Source of the DNA: Vicugna vicugna
Lineage: Eukaryota
Assembly: GCA_013265495.1 (NCBI GenBank)
Contig: MU058000.1
Location: 806,001 to 870,000, forward strand
Reading direction: 5' to 3'
DNA: 64,000 nt
Shown: piece by piece, positions 38,596 through 53,910 of the stretch
Layout of the letters: every line of letters starts with the position of its first letter
How positions within the stretch are numbered: the first letter of the stretch is position 1
The notes under the pieces: generated by a model
The model's input: the letters and a program-made list of their open reading frames with translations, nothing else
The model's database searches: none
What the model was told of the DNA's origin: nothing
Position numbers and translations under genes: made by a program

Positions 38596-41405
38596 TGTCT
38601 AATCAATTCTTTTGGCATTTAAGAACTTTAAGGCTGGGCAGGACCTTAATGACCATCCAAGGCAATCAGTCTCATGATAAAGTGAGCAGGTTGCCCAAGG
38701 CCGCCCACCCACTGTGGGGACTAGAGCCCCATCCAGAACTCTCTTCCCTCTTACTAAGGCGGCCTTCCTTTCTTCCTTGGCGTTTCAGGGCCATTCCGTG
38801 GGATCAGGACTGATCACTAATCTGTTTTTTGAAGGATTAGGCAACTCAGGAGGGTCAGTGGGAGAACTTGTTGGGAATGCAAGACCCAGTTATAGGCCAT
38901 GGAGGTTGTGTGTGGGTCCTTTTTGTATGCAACTCTCCCATTGGTCACAATGACTCTTGCACTAGAACAGTGTCTCGTGATTTAAAAGTCCCTTTCATTA
39001 GTGGTAATAAGTCTAATGTGATGCAGTGTAGTTTTTCCGAGGCTAAGGTTGGAGTTTCATCCCAGTTTATAGGACTTTCTTCTACTTTACTGCTTTAAGG
39101 TATTAAAGTCCTGTTCCTAACTTACTTAACTGCCCGGTGTGACCTAATAGATTCCTTCCTTGGTTTAACGGACTTGAGTACAAAAAGCATGAGTTTAGTC
39201 ACACAGTTTTAATTAAGTCTTAAATTAGTGATAAAATATAAATACCAATTAACAAATCGAAGGCTTCCTCAATTACTTTTTTCCTTGCCTTTGAAATAAA
39301 TGAAGACTGATGTGTGGACAGTTCTACTCGCGGCATTTATCTCATCTAGAGTCAAAACAGGGGCTGTAGGGAAAACAGTGTGCTGTTCTCAACTCCTGTC
39401 CTGGCAGGAAATTTCCGTGCGTTGTGTAAGATGCTACCAGCCGAAGAGCACTGTCCGAGGGGTATGCAAAAGAAAATAACATCTGTGTACGATGAAAAAA
39501 TTCAAGTGAATTCTTTACTAGCACGTAAGGGAAACAAGACCGGCTGGATGTTCCCTCCACTTCCTCCCCCTCGTCCCTTGCACAATCAGGATTAGTTTCT
39601 ATTTGTTTCAAAAAATTTCATTTAGAACCAAAACAAAATTTCAATTAATCAAATTTCTCTAAGTAAAAAAAAAATTATAGGCAAGGCATAGGTGGGGAAA
39701 CCCAGATGCACAAACCCTGAAACCCACAGCTGTGTTTTCACATCTTGAAATAAATCTGCTTCCAAGAATGGAGGTTTCTGTTGTTCACATGTAAATCCTG
39801 AATCATGTAAAAACTCAATGGTGTCTTTACTGTCAGAGTCAGAAGCCTTGTTTAGGATACTTGAATCTCAAATCTAATACTTCCCAGACTTATGAAAAAT
39901 TCTTTTCAATCCTGAGAGGCTAAATAAGAGAGCTCTACTGGGAGGCAGAGAGAAGGCAAAAGGAAACTGCATTGAGCAGAAACAGAAAATATTTATATGA
40001 ATATTCTGAAGTCAATTAACTGACCACATTATATTCAGCTTAATGAGAAAAAAATTGTGTGTGGTTTTTATAAGTGGGATTTAATACACAATTCAGCATG
40101 AACAGTAGGTTGTGTTTAAAAGAAATTAATCCAGGCTGAAAATATTTGGCCAGTAGGAAAATCAGAGTTTTGCTCAAAATGTAATACTAACAAAGAATTA
40201 CAAAGTTGGCAGAATTTTCAGGGTCCCATAAGGTTGTTCAGTCTGATGGTCTTCTAAGAACTGGTAGAAATGTCATGGGAAGAAATACACAGGACCCGTA
40301 ACACATAGCACCTTCTTTTGAACTGGTAGATTCAAGAGCTCGTTTTATTTTTTATTTGACTCTTCAAGTATTTGGAAAATACCCAGAATGTAAAAAAACA
40401 AAACAAAACAACTTCCTTATCCTGTTTTTTTTTCAGTTTCTACTACAGAAATTATTTCTATTTTTTTACTTGCATATATTCATGTATATGCTTTGACACA
40501 GGATATGTGTATTTCAAGGCTAGTAATAACCAATCAAAATTAGTGCCATAAAGGTAAAGGAGAGTGTTTCTTACCAAGTTGTAGCCAACGACAACCAAGG
40601 ACTCATTTTAATGACTTGTCAGAAAAGGGTAATTGGTAAATAGGCATTGCACCCAACTCCAGGTAGAATGATCAAACTGCTGACGTTCCGGCTCTGGTGT
40701 CAAACTTCCTCACAACTTTCATTTTAGTCAAGGTCAGTCAGGTCTTCTTGAGTGGTTGGCTGTGTTCCCAGAAGTAATATTTGTGATCCAATTTCTCACT
40801 TGCCACAGTCTGCATCTTCCAGAATTTTTTTAATGGATCTGATGCTTCCAAGCTGAACATTGCAGCTCAATTTCTCTTGTGTTGGCTGTTAGGAATTTAG
40901 GGCAAGATTTGTAGCCCGGTTCCAAATGCATTTTGTGTACAAAGTTCATTCCTGATTTAATATTGTTTTCTCCTTTGTTTCCCCTTTATTAGATTTTACT
41001 TATCCTATGCAAATTTCATTGTGTTGTATGTAGCTCTGTTAAGTCCTCTTAGAAACTTTCTGGGAAAAGGCAATGCATAAACAAATTTTAGCTAAGTTTT
41101 ACTATAATCAGGATTAAAGTGAATCATGCTTACTACATATCACAGGCTGATCCAGGTCAAAGAAATTTAAAAATGAATTTCTTAGCAAATCGTATTTTCC
41201 GTAGGACAAAATTCAACTTACAGAAACCTGAATTTCAATAGTTAAAAGTAAATTTAAGATGGATTCAAATGGCCCCTAATGAATATTTTCCAGAAGCTTC
41301 TGAAATTCCAACTTGAATCATCCAGGTTTTAAAATAAGTCTGCCCGGAGAGGTGCCTAGCCATGGTACAATCATTATAGCATACAGGATAACCAGAGGTG
41401 GAATC

Positions 41406-41411
41406 TTTATT
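41406..41411 (-). terminator. SEL1L: Polyadenylation signal AATAAA, likely a main SEL1L site
   Basis: Minus strand reads gaTGTAcagattcgtttTGTAcTGTAtcttgaaacttgtgaAATAAAgattcc, with three upstream UGUA (CFIm) elements. Confidence 0.7.
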
Positions 41412-44400
41412 TCACAAGTTTCAAGATACAGTACAAAACGAATCTGTACATCTCTCTATTAACAGGATTTGTTTACACAATTATATTACACTTCACCAGC
41501 CTTTATACTGCATTTAATTAAATACAAAATAAATTTACAAAAAGTCTACCATGGTGTTCCTTCCAATGCCAACTTGTGGTCTTTTCAAATGTCTCCTCAA
41601 TATTGATAGTGGTTATACCTTGATCGTATCAACATTATAATTTCTTTTTTTTTTTAATCAAAGAGAATAGTGTCATCTTGTCGTTCCAAACAGGAAAAAT
41701 GGTGTACTTGAGATGACTCCCTGCACATAACTAAGACATCCTTCTTATGCACACATCAGATTTTTCACTTGTGCAAATGGTCACTTTGAAAATACAAATC
41801 ATTTTTACCTGGGATATTTTCAATTTTCTTGAAATACCAAGTGGAAGAAGAAAGTTAGCTTCTTTTCAAGAACTACTCCACATTTAAAAATCAGGTAGTG
41901 CCTCAGACAATACGGTATTTAGAAATTGTGTATTTTCATTTACATTTGAGAGCAACGACTGATGAAAAATATTTTCAAGAAAATAGAAGTTTCTTTTGCT
42001 TTATTTCTTGCACAGCTGTAGTCATAATATTATATAACATATAATTAAACTCACTTTTAAAACAAACACTAGTTGTAATTGGGGCAAATGTAGCCCATGT
42101 TGCTCTTCTTTGTCGGTAAAGGGGTTGTTTATCTGAAGCATTTTGTTTTGAAATGTGCATGTGAAATGTTAGTCCAAACCTCTGAAAAAGAAGTTTTTTG
42201 CAGATGTAGCTAGACAATCTGATACACATGCTGCACACACGAAGAGCTGTGGTCTTCATTTACAGGCCTGCATGCATACTTTCAAACACTGGTTTGAAGA
42301 ACAAACAAGAGGAGCAAAGAAAGGAGGAGAAAAGAAAGCAAAAAAGAAAAAAAAATTCCAATATGTAAGTTTCCTGGAGGTGACAGCAGCTCCTTAATTA
42401 AATAAAGCATCAGATCATGGCCAGATCACCGGCAGAAGTTTCTAAAACTTCCCAATGGTACAGAGATAAAACAGCTTAGCAGTAAAACTCTCACAGATTA
42501 ACCTTAAATGCAGAAGGGTAACACATCCTCTAGAGTATTCAGATGAATGATTCACACGTTAATCTCTCTTAAGTGTTAAATAATGAATTTTGAAAAAAAA
42601 AGAAAACTTTTTGATTTATTTTCCTGTGCCACTGAATATTAACCAAAAATAAGGTAAGCCTTACCCAGAAAATAGAAAGAAAAACGTCAAAAATGGAAAA
42701 CAAAAAGTCAAAAAAAACAAAAACAAAAACAAAAACACAACACGAAAGTTTTAAACACCAATGCTACCTTTGTAACATAGAACAAAAGCAAAACAGATAG
42801 CCTCAAGACTCTGGAACAGCCGAGTAGCCAACAAACCAAATGCACAAGAGAACAGAAGCTGAGCAGAGCACTAACGTCACCACCATGGAAGGCAGGAAGA
42901 CAGACTATAAAAGGGGGCAGGAGAGATGGGCTACCACGGAGAAATGAAGCCGCACTCTATTGCTAACTCTAAATTCTAACATTAAAACTCCTGAATCCTG
43001 GAGTTAGTTTAATGTCACTGACATTAACTAGCTTTAGTTACTGTCATTTTATTCAAATGGATGCCATTTGATTAGGTAAGTATTGAGCATTATTTTAGGA
43101 GAAACACCAAACCCAGTTCCTATTTGCTTAGGTATCATGTCCCTTGGACAGAAAGAAGAAGGGAGCAAAGTATTTTGAGACAGTCTTTAAATGAAGCCAT
43201 AGGAACCAAGTTGCTCTAAATTTATTGTTCAAATTTCCAGTAGCAAATGACCCAGGGTAAAACAGGAGGTGGACAAAAGCCAAGAAAAAGACACCTGGAA
43301 TATTAATAAAAAGGACACGGCAAGTGGAGCACTACTGGGAAGTTAGTTATTGCGTAAAGAGCAAGACTGCACTCTCCCGTCGGCCTCCGGCTAGTGCACG
43401 CTCTTTTAAGAAATGTTTTTTTTCAAAGTACTAACGGAGGGAAGTAAAGATAGAGGTAAAAATACTGCTAAAGGAGACATTAGGTAGATGGTAGAAAAAC
43501 AGGGAAGTTTAGCCTTTAAACTTTTAAATAAATTAGAACAGTTGCTTCAAAATGAAGCAGGGCTGCTAGCATGGATCAGACTTATTTTGAAGGGTGGGGA
43601 CAAGAGGCAGGGGTGAAGACACCAACGTATTGTACCAACTGCACTCAAATCTCTAACATAAGAGATCGAACAAGTCTTAATATTTACAAGAGCTGCCCAA
43701 AGCGACATTATACTTCTGAGGGTAAAATTTCCTACCTTTCAGATATGCGTTTATACCTACGGTTCTCGCCATGACCACCTCTTCAAATTTAGAAGCAATT
43801 ATCTGGGAGGAAAGTTTGCAACCTGGTTTGCCATAATATTCTAAACACCAAAAAAGCACACAACTTCACATTTAGAGCTTTCATGTTCATTACAGACTAA
43901 GTAAATCTAATTCTAAATACAATCCTCACTTCAAAAACCAAAGTCTTACAACTCTACAGGTAATAAACTCTTCAAGTGTTCTGGCAGATGAGGGATTAAG
44001 AGAAAAGAGTATAAAGATTAATATGAACAGACCGAGGTCAGCAGGCATAGATACTAAGAGAGTCTCAGACCGGATGTAGGCTGGTGAACACCGCCATCTG
44101 ATGATAAAAAGAAATACAAATTCGGTTGAGGTTTTAAGTTTTTCATTTGTGTGATACGTGAAGTTCTGTTTTCTTCGCTATTGCTGTGGTGGCTGTGTTT
44201 TCCATACTATTTAACCAGACAATCCTGAAGTGTAATAGCCTTGACTTTCCTAATGTTAACAGTGGGAGGGCGGTGAGCACAATAGCTAAGCAAGTGGCTG
44301 ACTTTCTATTGTAACATCAAACTGCAGACATAAAAATCTCCCCAACAGTACAGAACAGTACGAACAGGCTCTGGCTCTCCTCAGCCACTGAGTTTAACGC

Positions 44401-44526
44401 ATCACAGGGTCTCTGAGTTTAGTACTGTGACGGGTCACCATAGGCCATAGCCTGGCAAGGATATCTCATATTTAAAGAATTCAGCAGACGGAGGGGTGGG
44501 GGAGTTGGGGGGTGGGTAGGTGTCTG

Positions 44527-45130
44527 TTCTTCTGCAATAAGAAATGCAAAGTAAAATAAATCCTGGGAACAAATGCTTCAACTTTTGGGAAAGTGAGTCT
44601 ATGATCCTAGCACCCCACCCAGAGTTCTTCAGTACTGACTTCTAACTTCTCCCATTTAGTCCATCCTCGGGCTGCTGGATAAAGGCTTTGTATACTCGTA
44701 ACAAACAAGCAAATTACACTGAGTAGGTGGGGCAAGTTTACGGGTTAGCTCAAGGAGTCAGCTCACAACAGTTCCTATCTATTCCATTCCAAAGAAATGA
44801 AGTTTGCACAGAACTCTTTAACAAGGCATTCTTTTGCAATAAGAAATGCAAAGTAAAATAAATCCTGGGAACAAATGCTTCAACTTTTGGGAAAGTGAGT
44901 CTATGATCCTAGCACCCCACCCAGAGTTCTTCAGTACTGACTTCTAACTTCTCCCATTTAGTCCATCCTCGGGCTGCTGGATAAAGGCTTTGTATACTCG
45001 TAACAAACAAGCAAATTACACTGAGTAGGTGGGGCAAGTTTACGGGTTAGCTCAAGGAGTCAGCTCACAACAGTTCCTATCTATTCCATTCCAAAGAAAT
45101 GAAGTTTGCACAGAACTCTTTAACAAGGCC
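44527..45130. repeat. Head-to-tail tandem duplication, 302-bp period, in the SEL1L 3'UTR
   Basis: 44533-44827 and 44835-45129 read identical by eye (295 bp); mismatches only at the unit edges. Confidence 0.95.
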
Positions 45131-45785
45131 TTTCGGTCTCTGAGGAGAGAGGTGAGTATAAAGCATGACAACCACCAGCAGTAAGAGTCCGCCCAGCCCT
45201 CCCTGTTAGAGTAACGAACATGCTGAGGACGTGTGCTTGCATGGGGACTGTGAAAGCTCCTCAGCTACTGAAATTCTGAAACACTTTGGAGACTTTTTTT
45301 TTTAACTTAAAAGGCAAGTTCTATTTTTAGACTTTCAAACATATTGAAGTTAAACTTGCAACTAACTGGGTCTTCCTTTTTGCACTGATCAGTTTTTAGT
45401 GTCGGTGCATAAGACCTTAAAGATGGTAGACAGGACTTACGCACATTGACAGAGTGACCAAAAGGACCCAAGAAAGATAGCTGGATACAGCAGACATTAC
45501 TCTTGAGTGTCTCACATGTTTCCAGGAGGGAAAAAAAAAAGGGGGGAAGGGGAGCCATTGAGAGCTGTTACTCCATACAGCACTGAAACAGACATTCAAC
45601 TCAGTTTAGGTAAGAGTTACTTATCCCTGAAAATAAAGGCATCAGATTCTAAGCAGCTTTAGGAATCAATGCTTCCTTGTGCCTCTTCCAGGAGGTGGTC
45701 ACTGATCCAAAGTCCTAAATCAAATGCAAGTGTTCTCAGTAAACCATTTCCTTGTTTGTCACTGATCAAGGCTGGACACAGTGGG

Positions 45786-46019
<234 letters not shown>

Positions 46020-46154
46020 TTACAATCACTATAATGTAACAGAAGGAGCTAGTAAAGTTGTATCACAAATTAGAGATAAATACAGACTTCTTAGAATAAT
46101 AGATTTTAGTTACATTTGGCAACGTGTTTAAAAAAACAAAAGGTTTTACTAAAA

Positions 46155-46775
46155 ATACAACTATCATACGTCCTAGCAATTCCACTCATGAAAAAAATAA
46201 AACCACTAATTTGAAAAGATACACGCACCCGTGTTCATTGCAGCATTATTTACAGTAGCCAAGATATGGAAACAACCTAAGTGTCCATCAACAGATGAAT
46301 GGATAAAGATGTGGTACACAAACACACACACACAAACAATGGAATAGTATTCAGCCATAAAAGAACAAAATTTTGCCATTTGCAGACCATTTGCAGTGGA
46401 TGGATTTGGAGGGCATTATGCTAAGTGAAATAAGTCAGAGAAAGACAGATACTGTATGATAACACTTATATGTGGAACCTAAAAAATACAACAAATCAGT
46501 GAATATAACAAAAAAGCAGCAGACTCACAGATATAGAGAACAAACTTGTTATCAGCGGGCAGAGGGAAGTGGGGGACACTATGGGGGGGTAAGGGATTAA
46601 GAGGTACAAACTATTAGGTATAAGCTACAAGGATATATTGTATAACACAGGGAAAATAGCCAACATTTTATAATAACTATAAATGGAATATAACCTTTAA
46701 AAATTATGAATCACTATATTGTACACCTGTAACTTACATAGTATTATACTTCAACTATACTTCAATAAAGAAACT
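46155..46775 (+). mobile_element. L1 3' end in the last SEL1L intron
   Basis: tgttcattgcagcattatttacagtagccaagatatggaaacaacctaagtgtccatca...caactatacttcaataaa. Confidence 0.88.
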
Positions 46776-48908
46776 AAATCCCTCCCCCAAAACAAACAAA
46801 CAAAAAACCCACCAAGACTGTAACAAAGAATTCAATCTAATAAAGTTGAGAACAAAACCAACAAATAAAAATAAAGACAATGAGTTCAAATAAAAAAAAA
46901 AGGTTTTAAAAGTTTTCAAAAGTTTCAAAAACTCAAAATAATGTCTGAGGACCCGAGCTATTAATTCTTAACAGTTGATTATATGCAGTGTCTTATAGGG
47001 TTCCTTTCCATTAGTAACCTAATATACTAATTTCTAAGCATTTTTCACAGAAAATATTTGAAACAAACACTGGAGGACAATGAAGGACCAAGGGGGGAAA
47101 AATCAGTATCTTGGCACACCTATAACCTGTTTACAGTGATGACACACTAGCTAAAAAGCTCTCTTCTAATGAAAGTAGGGCCATTTTATAACTTCTCTCA
47201 TGAACTGAAGATGGAGCAATTCAAATTTAATAGCTGAACAAATAATACTTTTTAGTTAGAATTTAACTAAATATTTAACAGCTGAATTTGAACTTAAAAA
47301 TTATGTTCTTCGTCTATGATAATTTAATTGTTTTAATGTCATTTAAGTTATTCCTGGTATTTTCCAACTGCTACTTACCCACAAAGAAAGTAAACATGGG
47401 GTATAATCCTTTAGGTTTAAATAAAGTTACATTTAAAAGGTTCCCATAATATATATTTGTAGGTATAGTTGCTAAACTTTTATGGAAAAAAATTATAAGA
47501 AACTATTAACTGTGTTCCCTGGGGCGGGACCTGTAATAGGAGATTTTGTTTTTCTGTACTGTTTGACTTTCTTACCATCAATACTTATTATTCTCTCTCT
47601 CTTTTTTTATTTTAGTTGGAATATCTAGGTGGTAGGACTATGGGGCATTTTATTGTTTTCTTGACATTTCTATATTAAAAAAAAACTTTATGCATGCATG
47701 CATATGGTGTATTGCATGACCAAATCTAGAAGATAATCAATAGTTTATTAGTAATAAAAATTGTGAGAGAGAAGGGTCTGAAACAGTCCTGACAGAGAAA
47801 GGGCAGGCAGCTACACTGTTAGCTTTGTAGTTAAAGGAACAAAGATCCTTTCAGTTAGCAGAGCGTACAGCACACCCTGGCTCACGCCACTGAACAATTA
47901 CAAGTTTGACATTACAAATATATAAGCAATTGGGAGGACAGAGGACAACAGTTCCAGCCCTCTGGAGCCCTATACATGCAGGACCTCAGTGCATGGGCCA
48001 GGGCTGCAAAAGGAAGAAGCTGTCCAATTTCTCTCTATAAATGCTGAAGCATCAAGGACCACATTTACGTCTGTGTAGAAAGAGGGAAAGCTCGTTCGGG
48101 AATCTAATGTTGAAATGTTGCATCAACTTGTTCTGAAAAATGTGCACAAAAGGTTGAAACATCATCCTTTTCTGGCCTGGAGAAAATTAAAGTTAAATAG
48201 TCCTTCTTTCTGCACATATTTTAGGGCTTTCAGAGCTAATTACTGCACCAGTGAATCCATTATGAGGAACAATGGGTACCATAAACAGAACAGAAAACTG
48301 GAGAACCCCAAAACACCTATATACCGTACTGGCAACTAAAGCTGGTAGTTTTGAAGAGAATGGGTAAACGCACCCATCTCCAAGCTAGGTCCTACCATTA
48401 GTGTATTTAAATAATTCAAGGTATTTTTAGAGAGCATAGATCTGGTGATTTTTTAAAAAACGTGTTTCACTATCAGAAGAATCTGAAGTACAAGAGCTTG
48501 GGCAAGTTCTCAGTTTCTACTTCTTCTTCCCCTGTTTTAAATTCTCTTTTTAAGGGGTTGGTCTAAGTCACTGCTTGTCAGTCACCTGATTTAAGGTTTA
48601 CTGAGTTTAGTTAACTACTGTTTCAAATTGCCTTGGGCTAGACTCAGTTTTCCCCAAACCAGAAAACATCTGCATCAAGGAAAAATGCTTTAGCACTGGG
48701 AACCACTGTCAAGTGCTACCTGAGAACTCTCAGTGCTTTGTGGCCACACTCATCTCTCACCTGATGAGGTCTGCTGGCACCTTACCTGGGGGGGGAAGAG
48801 GGGAAGAGACCAGACACTTGCAGGTCCCTCCTCCCCTCTCCCCCAACTTTTCAAAAACAAACCTGTGAACTGAGAAGGTTACATCATTTGTAATTTAATT
48901 AGAAGTCA

Positions 48909-49049
<141 letters not shown>

Positions 49050-51006
49050 CTATAATATAGGTAATAAATCAGAATACATTTCTTGCTAAAATAAGTAAAA
49101 ATAATTACTATTTAGTTTACATATTAGGAAAGTTTATTTTACCTTTCAATTTTCATTTTAAAATTTCCCTTACCTAAAGGAAAAACCCAAGCTTTAATTA
49201 GGTGAAATTTCTTTAATTATCTAACTGCTTAATTTTGAAAAATTTAATCGAAAAAATTTAGAAGTTAACTCATGGTCCCCGGATCTGACATCCCACTTGC
49301 TGTGCAGCCATGCTGGACTCAGCTAAGTATCTCTGCATAACACCATCATCGAGGGAGACCTGTAAGTCTCAAGTTAATTTTTTCCTAATCAAAACCAGTC
49401 AGCGTGAGCAATTCCTGGTTTCAGCCTGAAGCAGCAATCTTCAAACTGGGGTAGACATACTCAAGATTTTTCAAAGGTGCCTGAATGAACAGTGTTAAGG
49501 GACTCACACCCAGTGCTTTGTAAAGGGCGAAACAAGTCATAACTAACTTTGCCCCTGGCTGGAATGCTATGCATTGAGATAAAAGGTAGAATGGGATGAC
49601 GGGAGTTGCAAAATTTTTTTTATTTAACAACCATATTTGTTCCATGCTCTGACTACTGTAAGAATTCCACAAGACACAGGAAAGAAAGACTAAACATTAA
49701 AACTGACTTTTTGTATGTATTTAAACATAAGCAGTTATTTTCAGCTGTTTTCTATATACGTTCCTAAGGTATGTCCTTAGTTAAAAAAGAGTACCTTCAA
49801 ACAATAGTAACAGTATGGCTAGTATGGCCAGTAATAAAATCAGTATGGTCTTTGAAAAAAAAAAACAAATTTTATTTGTACTGCCATATTTTTCAAGATC
49901 ATGGATCAAATTTTGTGTGACCCACAGACTGTGGATGATTCAAGAAAGTAATTAAATTTTATCTATCAAACATATCCTGAGTATTTATTCAAATTATAAA
50001 CAATCTTCATCTTACTTAATACTTAATATTTTTCTAGCTATACTAGATGCTGGACTGATTAGTTTTTAAGAGTATGAGTATCTCTTTCATTAAAAGAACA
50101 AGAAAAAACAGGAAAAGGTAATCTTGTCTTACAAAAACTAATTATCCTGATTTTTATACATGAGTAGTTGTTCTTAAAAGCTGAATCCGAGTTCCTTCCC
50201 CTAATTCTTATCAAAGAAATACCTCCATCACAGTATTTATTCACAAGAATTTAAATAAACTTTACATTACAAATTAAATTACAATGAGAATAGCACACTG
50301 ATTAACTTTAACACCAGAATATAATTCTGTGGGAATAATGGATAGAAAATATAAATTCAGGGAGAAAAGATACAATTTTCATTTAATAAATTGGCTGTGT
50401 ATTTTTAAGAAGTTAATGCAGTTATCAACTTATTTTGGTATTTAAAATAATTTAGTCATCTTATTTATAAAAATGTTAGTGCTTAAAATACCTAGAACTT
50501 AGGCCCTTTGAAACTTATGATGAAAAGTCTTAAATATCAAATTGAAAATTTGCAAGAGGATACAGTTTTTCAGAATTCTTTTAAGGGTACACAGGCAAAA
50601 ACTTAAGACTGTGGGTCTAAAGAATGTTAGCCTTCATTAGAAAGGTATAAGAATGAAAATAGTTTATCAGTAGCAAACATCTTACTTCATTTCAAAATGA
50701 TTTAGAAAAGACAGAATTCGGCTGCTGAAGGACAGAGTTTCTCAAACAAGAGTTATCAATAGAGGTGGCACTGTTTTTCCATTTTCATGAATCTGTCTTT
50801 GGCTTAATGCCCTACACGTAAGTAACAGTGTGGAAATCAGTATGTGGGTGCTCGAGGAAGAGAGAGACGCACGGCAGTCTTTTGAAATATTACAAAACTG
50901 TCTCCTAACCTGGAACCTAAAATCTGAACACATACCAGAGCAAGCCTATTTTCTGTAAAAATGAAGATGCTTCCCCCAAATCACAACTGCATTATCTAAA
51001 CATTTA

Positions 51007-51198
<192 letters not shown>

Positions 51199-51716
51199 TT
51201 AAACAAAAGTTAAATGCAAAACTGGCAATAAACAGTGTTCAAAACATATCAAACTCTTACCTCTCTTCCTGATAACATGCTTACATAAAACTGAATTTTA
51301 GTTTGTAACACACAAACTTTCTAACGAATTCTTCAGCCAAGCTATAAATTCAGTAAAATTTAAACCAGAAGTGTTGCTCTTCTGAAGAAGGCTTTTGTAA
51401 CAGGAAGAGTTAAAACAAAGAGGGTGGTAATCCCTGTTTCACTAATAATACTTTTCAAATGATTCCTCTACAACTACTAATTTAAAATAGTTCCACTGGA
51501 CAATTGTTTAGGCTTGCAAAGGGACAGGCAGACCATGCTGAGGGTACCATAGCACGATATAAATGTCCAGTACAAAGAACTTGCAGTGCAATTTAGAAAC
51601 CCTGGGACTAGAATTTCCACTTTAAGAATGAATACCAATCATGAATGCAAACAAGGTAAGCAATAGTTAGTATCTCTACTTAATTTTAAATCATGCATGA
51701 CATGATTTAATCTTTA

Positions 51717-51911
<195 letters not shown>

Positions 51912-52330
51912 TTAAGGAAAGGCCCTAGACTTTTTAGTCTTCATCTATAAACTAGGGTGAATACTTGGAGCATAAGTTAAGCAAGAATTGGGACATAATG
52001 AATATTAAATGAAAAAAAACTATTGAAATTAAACAAGTATTAAAATAAAATACTCAGTTTGAAGGAATTCATTGCATTCGGGACGACACTATTCCTGAGA
52101 CATGTTTTATGCACAGAACTAACAATAATTTTAATTACTAAGGATCTACATATCACTGGAAAAAGAATGTTTTTATATCTCCTGTATTCTGAAAAATATA
52201 TTTACTGAAAGCAGTTTTATGATGAATGTCAAATCTATTACTACTCTATAAAACTCTATAAAACTAACTTCCATGGCTTAGAGATCTGAGGTAAAACAGC
52301 TTAACTCTGTGTGTTGTAAAGTTCTAGTTA

Positions 52331-52669
<339 letters not shown>

Positions 52670-53303
52670 CTACAAGTGATTTAAGTTTGCTCTTTGAATC
52701 TCTGGCGGTTTTATTAAATATATATATGTAAGTCTGGGATATTTGAAGCTTTCACTTACATCTTTAGAACAGGTTTATAAAAATAACAGCAAACAATTAT
52801 ATACCATATACTCTGGCCAGGCCCTGTCCTAGTGATTTATGTACAGCACGTATATTAATTCATGTACTCCTCCCAGGAGGGACCACTCTCTTATGAGGTC
52901 AGTCCTATTAACAGCCCCATTTTACATGTGTGGATACTGAAGCATAGTGTGGTTTAGAAACTTTGCTCTGCATTTAACAATGCTGCTATAAAGTGCCAGT
53001 TATGAGAAAGCTAAAGAGGAAAAGTTCCAAAGAGGCAGTATTAGCAATATTCATTTAACATATGCTTTTTTGACACTGACTATGTCTCAGATACTGTCTA
53101 AGGTGCCAGAGAGATTGCAGACAACAATATCTGCCCTTGTAAATGCTGATTCCAGCAGGGAGGGATAAGTGGCATTAATAAGTGTGACAGTAACACACAC
53201 ACTCTGAGTCTTCCTTCAGTGTATCAACGCTAGTAGACTGAGCCTGTTTCTACTCTAGAAGAAACCATGCAAAGAAAACCAGCATTAAAACAGCAGACTG
53301 TCA

Positions 53304-53591
<288 letters not shown>

Positions 53592-53817
53592 TCAAATTCA
53601 GAATTCTTAATCCAGAAAGACGTGAATCTTATTAAAATAGATTTGTATATTAATACAGATTAATATACTCTACAGTGAAATACAAGATGCACAGATCACT
53701 GAATTGGGAGAACATCAATCAGCTAGAAATTCAATGGCTCTCATTTCCATATTATAGTGGCCTCTAGTGGAAAACAGTAATTTGGATTTGGTGCATTCAT
53801 CATTAATTCCAGCGTTA

Positions 53818-53910
<93 letters not shown>

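Larger units (their letters stand above)
41390..45785 (-). other. SEL1L: SEL1L 3'UTR (to the strongest poly(A) site; may extend to ~40060)
   Basis: Transposon-poor, U-rich on the minus strand, directly after the stop codon; the end point is inferred from poly(A) signals. Confidence 0.75.
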
